Assembly (NCBI RefSeq): GCF_009914755.1
Contig: NC_060935.1
Direction: 5' to 3' (one strand)
DNA from: the human T2T-CHM13v2.0 reference genome, Homo sapiens
DNA length: 64,000 nt
In this document: one piece after another, positions 56,845 through 64,000 of the stretch
Position numbering within the stretch: the first letter of the stretch is position 1
How the letters are laid out: each line of letters opens with the position of its first letter
Translations under genes and position numbers: made by a program
The notes under the pieces: generated by a model
Seen by the model: the letters and a program-made list of their open reading frames with translations, nothing else
Database searches by the model: none
Told to the model about the DNA's origin: nothing

Positions 56845-56973
56845 CTTTGATGAGCACTAGTGCTACAGCAACTGAGACAGCAACCAAGAGGCAAGAAACC
56901 TGGGATTGGTTTTCATGGTTGTTTCTACCATCAGAGTCAAAGAATCATCTTCACACAACAACACAAATGGCTG
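56845..56973 (+). CDS. CD44: CD44 variant exon v2 (129 bp): (T)LMSTSATATETATKRQETWDWFSWLFLPSESKNHLHTTTQMA
   Basis: Acceptor attacaacag|CTTTG, donor GGCTG|gtaatg; phase 1-1. Confidence 0.98.
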
Positions 56974-58219
56974 GTAATGAGTTATTATTATCTCATAGCG
57001 TATGTTTTCTTGACAGCCTTGAATAATTTTGATTGACCTCTGGGATGTTATTAAAGCCTAACGTTCCTTCTATTCTCACAAATTTTCGTTATGACTTCAG
57101 AAGGATCATTAACTCTGGTATCTGTTTGTTTGCTTGTATGGCACCAATAAGCAGATTTCTTCTTTCTAATCTATGGATTAGTATAGACCAGGAGAAGGCT
57201 AATACAGAGACTATGAAACGGGAATAAGTTTTTTTAACGATATGGCAAAATTGTGACTCTGAAAGATCATTCATGTATATTCTAAAATTACCACAGTCAT
57301 AAAAAGTCTTGGACTTTCATGAGGAAATAGCATAGCTAGATATGAAAAAATATAGAAAATCTTCATCAATGGAACTATTCTTGGGGTAGACACTAATCAT
57401 ATGAAAAGACAAATGCTCATTCCCTAAGATAGCCTGAATCTCATTTAAAATGTAGAAAACCCCTTTTTAGTAAAGAGACATCTTCTACAGTAACCACTGA
57501 GAAGAAGTGGAAGTTTTTCATCTCCTTTTTTTATTCAAAAAGAAAAAGAATTTCTCAATTTCTGAACCACAGTTCACTTTAGTTAACCCCTTTGATTGCC
57601 TAATAATGCCAAAAATGATTTCTCTGTTAATTGGCTTCACATTTTTGCTCTATGCTGAAGTAGTATTGGGAACTGCAGTGTAGCTTCCATCTCTGTTTGG
57701 AGGTACACTGATCTGATCTGATACTAGAGAAGATAAAAAATGAATTAGCAAATTGTGAACACAATGAAATGACTGACGTAGGTGTAGATTCCAACATTTT
57801 TCTGAAGGTGTCTTGACCAAAAAAAAAAAAAAAAAAGGCACGTGTGAAACCTTTCCATTCTGTTCTTGATGGCTTGGCTTTAATGGCATATGGTTAATGA
57901 GTTAATAATAAACATATCTGAAAGTGTGGGGGAGTTTTCATTAGCCTTTAAAAACTTATATGGTGAGATTATGTCCACACTTATTCTTTCAGCTTTCTTA
58001 AAGAGAATATTCAGTTTTAAAGATCATAGCCACTTGTTTTGAGATTTATGTATTAGCTTCGGAGATCAGAACATAAGAATTTGGGGTATGCAAGTCAACT
58101 CCCTCACTTTCTTTTAAAAATCCTGGGAAATCCATTATACCTTCTGTGCCTGATTTTCTTCCTTTGCAAGTGGGTTGCTTGGCGTCCAGCTCAGCCACTA
58201 ATGCAAGTCACCACAACAG

Positions 58220-58345
58220 GTACGTCTTCAAATACCATCTCAGCAGGCTGGGAGCCAAATGAAGAAAATGAAGATGAAAGAGACAGACACCTCAGTTTTT
58301 CTGGATCAGGCATTGATGATGATGAAGATTTTATCTCCAGCACCA
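58220..58345 (+). CDS. CD44: CD44 variant exon v3 (126 bp) with SGSG heparan-sulfate attachment motif (58300-58311): (G)TSSNTISAGWEPNEENEDERDRHLSFSGSGIDDDEDFISST
   Basis: Acceptor ccacaacag|GTACG, donor CACCA|gtaaga; phase 1-1; SGSG flanked by acidic residues. Confidence 0.98.
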
Positions 58346-58795
58346 GTAAGAATAATCAATTACAGTACAGCCATTTATGCAAGGCTTATTGATTAATCTG
58401 AGTGATACCAAATTGTATCTCTCTTGAGAAGTAGTTAATGTGAAAAATGGGTGAACCTATGATCATACCTTAGTTATATCTTGATGAGATTATGGAAGAA
58501 GAAATAGAATGTTTTGAGAAGTGGGGAAAATATCTCACAAAATTTCTCTTGTCTCATGTTCTTCCTGTTTTATTTATCTATGGGATCTACTGCTACAGAT
58601 TGTCTTTGAATGATCAGGCTTTATCAGAGAATGACATTAAAACAGTACAAAAAATGTACATTGTGTACTTACTGTGCTAGGTGCTGGAAACACGAAGATG
58701 AAAAGAGCCAGAGCCTTTGCTTTTCAGAAGCTCATGGTCTGTTGGAGCAATAGACTTGAAGAATGTGATGAGGAGGGTATTAATTAAAAGTTGTA

Positions 58796-59080
58796 GGCCA
58801 GGCGTGGTGGCTCACACCTGTAATCCCAGCACCCTGGGAGGCCGAGGCGGGCAGATCACGAGGTCAGGAGATCGAGACCATCCTGGCTAACACAGTGAAA
58901 CCCCATCTCTACTAAAAAATACAAAAAATTAACCAGGCGTAGTGGCGGGTGCCTGTAGTCCTAGCTATTCGGGAGGCTGAGGCAGGAGAATGGTGTGAAC
59001 CCAGGAGGAGATCGCGCCACTGCACTCCAGCACTCTAACCTGGGTGACAGAGCCAGACTCCATCTCAAAAAAAAAAAAAA
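58796..59080 (+). mobile_element. AluY with a right-arm deletion and small insertion; TSD AAAAGTTGT
   Basis: tcacgaggtcaggagatcgagaccatcctggctaac diagnostic; gaacccaggagg joined directly to agatcgcgcc. Confidence 0.92.
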
Positions 59081-61176
59081 AAAAGTTGTGGAAGTTCCTA
59101 AATTGAAGGCCCTAAAGGCTTAAATGATGGGAGCTAGAACTCAAGAATTATCTTAGTTAATCAAAGCCCAGCTGAGGTCAAAGGAACAAATCCAGAGTTT
59201 TAACAAATGAGCTGGACACCAATATAGCAGAAAGACCTTGAAGGGAAGGGCAAATGTCAGGTTAGCTTTAGCAAGACATTGCCACTTATTAAAAGCAAAT
59301 AATGAAACCACTATTGGTACATAATAGTATCCAAATTTTTGACAATTATAAAACTTTTTGAGAACAAAGAGATGGAAATTGAGCTTTAAAGATATCCTTA
59401 AAAAGTTAAAAACATGCAAAGGTTGGTCTAATATTCTGCCAGATTACTGAGTTTTCCACACATACCTGTAATGACTTAAGATTTTGCTGAACAGAGCTGA
59501 GAATCCTGAACCTGACTCCATCACAGTTCTGCTTTTCCTTAGAAAAAAGGCTTTTGGGGTGCTGTGTGAGCTCTCCCAATTCACTGAAGTTCTATCCATT
59601 CCATTAAAATCTGAGAATTTCATCCTCAAATGGACAGAGAAGAAAGGGTCCAGAAAAAAAAATAGCTTAGGCCTTGAAGGCATCTGAGTATATAACATTG
59701 ATATGACAAATACTCAAAAGGAACTAGAATTTTCTATCTAAACTTTTAAGTGATTTTTTTTTTAGACCCGACACCCCTCCAGAGCTTAATCTATGGAATA
59801 AGAAAATTCCTTTTGGTAACTTCAGAACAAAAACCAAATAATCAAAAACACTGGAGTTTTACATTATACTGTCTCCTGTGTTCAGCATGTGGCCCAGCTT
59901 TGCAGATGGGCCCATCAGTAAATACGTGGTCTTGATACTGAAGAAATTAAATTCCCTTGGGTGGTAACCCAAACAGATCTACCTGTAAATGAATTGTATG
60001 GTCAGGCTTCAGGGAAAAATTTCCCATGGTGTTGTTTTTTTTTTTTTTTTTTTTTTAATTTTTTAAATCTCTATGGCATATTTTTCCAATTTCTGCTTTT
60101 CTTTTTTTTTCTTTTCTGCTTAGCACCTATGGACATAATTCAACATGATGCCCTCTTTCTTCTGGAGGGGTGTGATAACTGCTTGATAATAAGCACTTTT
60201 TCAGGCCTATTGAGAATGTGGTTAATGATTCTAAACTTGATTTTTCATAACTTGTAAAATAGAGCTGACAGTATTATAGTTCTGAAAACAGTTTTGCGTT
60301 ATTTGGGTATCAAAATAAAGTTTGAAACAATTAGGATGGATTTGCAAATAACCTTTCACAAAACATGTTGACTCAGATTTTGTCATGATCCTTCTGTTAG
60401 GTGCATCTCATATTCCAGCCCTAACAGATTGGGTGACAATATCAGGGTGCTGGTGGATGTACGCCTCTTTCTTTCCAGTGTGCTGCTATGATGGTGGCTG
60501 GTTACCTGTGGTGTCTTATTTTCTTTCACTGGCTATGAATGGCTTGCTCATGACATATTTTGTATTTGATGAGAATACCATAGTGTTTGATAAATATTCA
60601 GAAATGTATCGCTAAAACATATGGCTATTCGAGGTATTCTTTTTCAGAATCATCTATAGGAAAGCTCTAGCTGCTCAGGCATTCCTTTCCCCACTGAAAT
60701 TACTAACAACATAAAGTGATTATCATGGTATAACTTTCAGTTATCTGCCTCTTCACCCGGAGGATCTACAAACAGCACACAGTGACTAAGTCCCTGGGCT
60801 TTCAAGTGCAGAGGGATACTACAGACTGCATGGATGGGCAAAATGGCGCCTTTGGTTATCCTCGGTGGAGGGCTGGTGTTTTCAAAGCTGTCCTTCCTAC
60901 TGCTGCAGCTTCTTTGACTGTTTTATCTGGAAGATCTCATGTTCTGAACCCCAAGGTATTCTATGACAGAATGCAAAGGACACTGAGATGCTTACCAATA
61001 TGGCTGAATTAAGCTGAAGTCACCCTCCGCTTTCCCTCCATTTCCATGCAGCCATCTATACAACCTGGTATAGATGATTCATTGCATAGCCTACAGAAGC
61101 AAGACTATGTGCGGGACAAGTGGCGAAGGCTCAAGAAATAACATTTTTCTAATTGCTTCAATCATCGTTATCACAG

Positions 61177-61290
61177 TTTCAACCACACCACGGGCTTTTG
61201 ACCACACAAAACAGAACCAGGACTGGACCCAGTGGAACCCAAGCCATTCAAATCCGGAAGTGCTACTTCAGACAACCACAAGGATGACTG
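61177..61290 (+). CDS. CD44: CD44 variant exon v4 (114 bp): (I)STTPRAFDHTKQNQDWTQWNPSHSNPEVLLQTTTRMT
   Basis: Acceptor ttatcacag|TTTCA, donor GACTG|gtaatg; phase 1-1. Confidence 0.98.
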
Positions 61291-61765
61291 GTAATGGGTT
61301 CTGCATATTTAATGAAAGATTTTTTTCCCCTCAAAGCCCATGATGCTGCAAAGGTCAATCATCGAGGCACAGTGGGAAATTTAGTTAATATCTGATCAAG
61401 AAATTCTTAGTGGACTTTTATGAGGATACTTAATTCCATTTAGGAGTCATTTATCAATTATACCATGTGGGCACAGGATTTTTTATGTTGCTTCATGATA
61501 AAAATGAATATGTTTGAATGGTTTGTGGTTCTGCCTTTGACAAACTGATCATAGTGGAATAATAAGGGAACATGAAGAAATTCCAAGCCCATTGATTTTC
61601 TCTTGAGACCAATTAGGTAAAGTCACTCAAAATTTTTGAGAGTGGATGCTCAGAGGTAACACTTTGGCATAGAATTGTTAAATAGCATGCACTTTAATGG
61701 AAGAACAGAATCATTAAAGATTGGTTGATAACAAGTCACAGTGTATTTAACCATCATCACAGCAG

Positions 61766-61882
61766 ATGTAGACAGAAATGGCACCACTGCTTATGAAGGA
61801 AACTGGAACCCAGAAGCACACCCTCCCCTCATTCACCATGAGCATCATGAGGAAGAAGAGACCCCACATTCTACAAGCACAA
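61766..61882 (+). CDS. CD44: CD44 variant exon v5 (117 bp): (D)VDRNGTTAYEGNWNPEAHPPLIHHEHHEEEETPHSTST
   Basis: Acceptor catcacagcag|ATGTA, donor CACAA|gtaagc; phase 1-1. Confidence 0.98.
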
Positions 61883-64000
61883 GTAAGCAAGATGGCGGTC
61901 GGCAGTTCTGGGTTAGATGAATTAGTAAAGACATTCCAGCAATAGGGAAGATTTTGTTTAGAAATTGGCCGCATCTTCTATTTCCACTCGGTAATTTCTT
62001 TTATTCTTAGAGCCTGAAAAGCTGCTAAACCCGCACACAAATTTTAAAAATTGGAAGGAAAATGATAACTCATCAGGTTGCCCAAAGGCCAAAATGTTTT
62101 AAGAAGTAGATCTAGATACAATTTTTGTGTTAAAGGTTCCTAGAGGTTCCATTTGGGTAACTTGTGTGTGTTCATTGAAATGTGTGGCAAAGAGTGTGTT
62201 CTTTTGGTGCTTAGTAGTGGAATCTGGAAAGAAAGTTTGTCAAGTGAATTGATCTTTGGAATCCTTATTTTCTATGAAGATCTTTGATGAATACAGTGTC
62301 TTTTTTGCATTCTGTCCCTGACTGTTCTATAGAAAGACATCCCTTGTACTCTTTAGAGCAAAGTTGGTAGCTCTTATGGTCTTCATTTGAATTCTACCAC
62401 TGCTTCTTTTTCTGTTTTTAAGCCCATGGTAACTTGGGGAAGGCTTTGATGCTCTTACTGTTATTTCTACTATTATGAAAACTCAGGTTTTCTAAAACAA
62501 TCTCAAGTTGCGGCAGTGGACTGTGAGAATAGGGGGCCCCCTCACTCCCCAAACATAAGAAGTATGTGCTTTTCTTCTTTTATCTATCCCGCTGAGATAT
62601 GTCTATCTTATTTGGAATAAAAGTATTTATTTTGGAAAACAGCTTTTTAGCATTTTTAAAATGATGACCCAACTGTCATTCTCACAGCCCTAGATACACC
62701 TAATGGGGAAATGTGAGCCACTTAAAAGCCACTTAAAAACCAAAGGGCTTTGGGAATCTATGGCTTGAGGGGTGCCTTCAGATAACAAAAGAAAAGTTTC
62801 AGGTATCAGTTAGGATAGAGGTTAGACATTGTACTGAATATATCCAGCAGATCTTACATCCCATTACAAACCCCAGTAGGTGTGTTGTATACATACGGCT
62901 TAGGGGTTAAGTTAACAAAGAAGTCTGATAAGAAAAGGAAATACAGAGGAAGCATAAATCTCTTTGGAATAGGATTTTGTTCCACTCCCTTAGAGCCCTA
63001 ACAGTATACCTTAGAAATTATTTTAGACAGTTTGTACTTAAAGACCAGAAAGCTACTTTAGAGACTTGGAAATAATGAGCCTATTGTCAAAAGGTGGTGC
63101 TTGCGGGGCATTAGGACTAGAGGGTTGGTGAAAATTCAGACAGAATGTAACTTGACAAAGAGAAGACAGCAACAACTGTAACAATTATCTTATGAATATT
63201 TGCGAAACTCAAAGGGATCTGATTGGTGACCTCTGGGCTTTATCAAATTAACATCACAACTTCTAGAAGAAAGTCAACCTTCATCTTTTACAATAGAAAT
63301 CATATGTTTTGCTAACCCATTCCTATTTAGGCTGAAAACAATTAAGAGTTATGGGTACTTAAAAAAATCATTATGTTTATAAAATTAGTGATAGAAGGAG
63401 CATAGTGTTCATACAGTCACACACATACACTTCCTTATTTCTTTTATTTAAACTTTGAGTAACATAGCAGTCTATGTTTGGGTCAGTTTTCCCTTTTTTG
63501 TAATTACATTCAGTGGTTTTTGTAACTTCATTATTTATTGGGAATTAGTGATTTAGTCAGTGGGAGTTTTGTAAAACTTAAGATTTTGGCTTTTTTCCCC
63601 CTCCTCCTGGATAACCAGTTAACCCAATAATGGCTTGGCCGATGGAAGGGTAAAATGAGGACAGTTATATTTTTTAAATGTCATTACTGTCACCAAATCA
63701 CACATATCATTTTCTAAGATAAGGAAATACAACCATTTTTACAAGTTGCAAAAAAGTACTCTGGCTTGGCAAGTTTATAGACTCTCATTTTCTTGATAAA
63801 CTAAAAAAAAAAAAGAAATTGCTACAAGCTGCTATAGACAAAAATGTTGGTGTCTTTCTGACTTTTCCTGAAGACACCTTGATGGAATTATATTCTCTTG
63901 ATTTTGTCCTTTTTAAAATGATGGTTGAAATTTTAAGCCTGTCACACACTATTATTTATATAATGCCTCAAACTGGCTTGGATAGTTTTCGTCAACTGAA

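Noticed and set aside
61883-64000. Search for exon v6 or another exon
   Set aside because: No v6 coding sequence (QATPSSTTEETATQKEQWFGN) found; it should lie beyond the window end.

Overview
This is human genomic DNA (chr11p13) inside the CD44 gene on the + strand. The first ~36.6 kb is intron 1; exon 1, which encodes the signal peptide, is not in the window. It is followed by constant exons 2-5 (hyaluronan-binding Link module plus N-terminal stem), the human-inactivated variant exon v1 (in-frame TAG) and variant exons v2-v5. All exons have canonical AG/GT boundaries and frame-consistent phases. The introns carry Alus (including an AluY nested in an AluS just upstream of exon 2), a short 5'-inverted young L1, a full-length Hsmar2 mariner fossil, a piggyBac-derived MER85, MER30/MER3, many MIR/L2 relics and simple repeats. 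No other protein-coding gene is supported; the remaining ORF-track entries are repeat-derived or chance ORFs. The main hypotheses are: (i) inverted Alus flank exons 2-4, whose 369-nt circle would be a stop-free Link-module ORF; (ii) recursive-splice-like AG|GT junctions at exon 3 and v3; (iii) a phase-compatible cryptic terminal exon between v3 and v4; (iv) a MER85 CSB-PGBD3-type site at the entry to the variable region; (v) a STAT/IRF/TEAD motif cluster in intron 1. These are sequence-based inferences, not demonstrated systems. Repeat family names come from recalled consensus sequences and were not checked with RepeatMasker.
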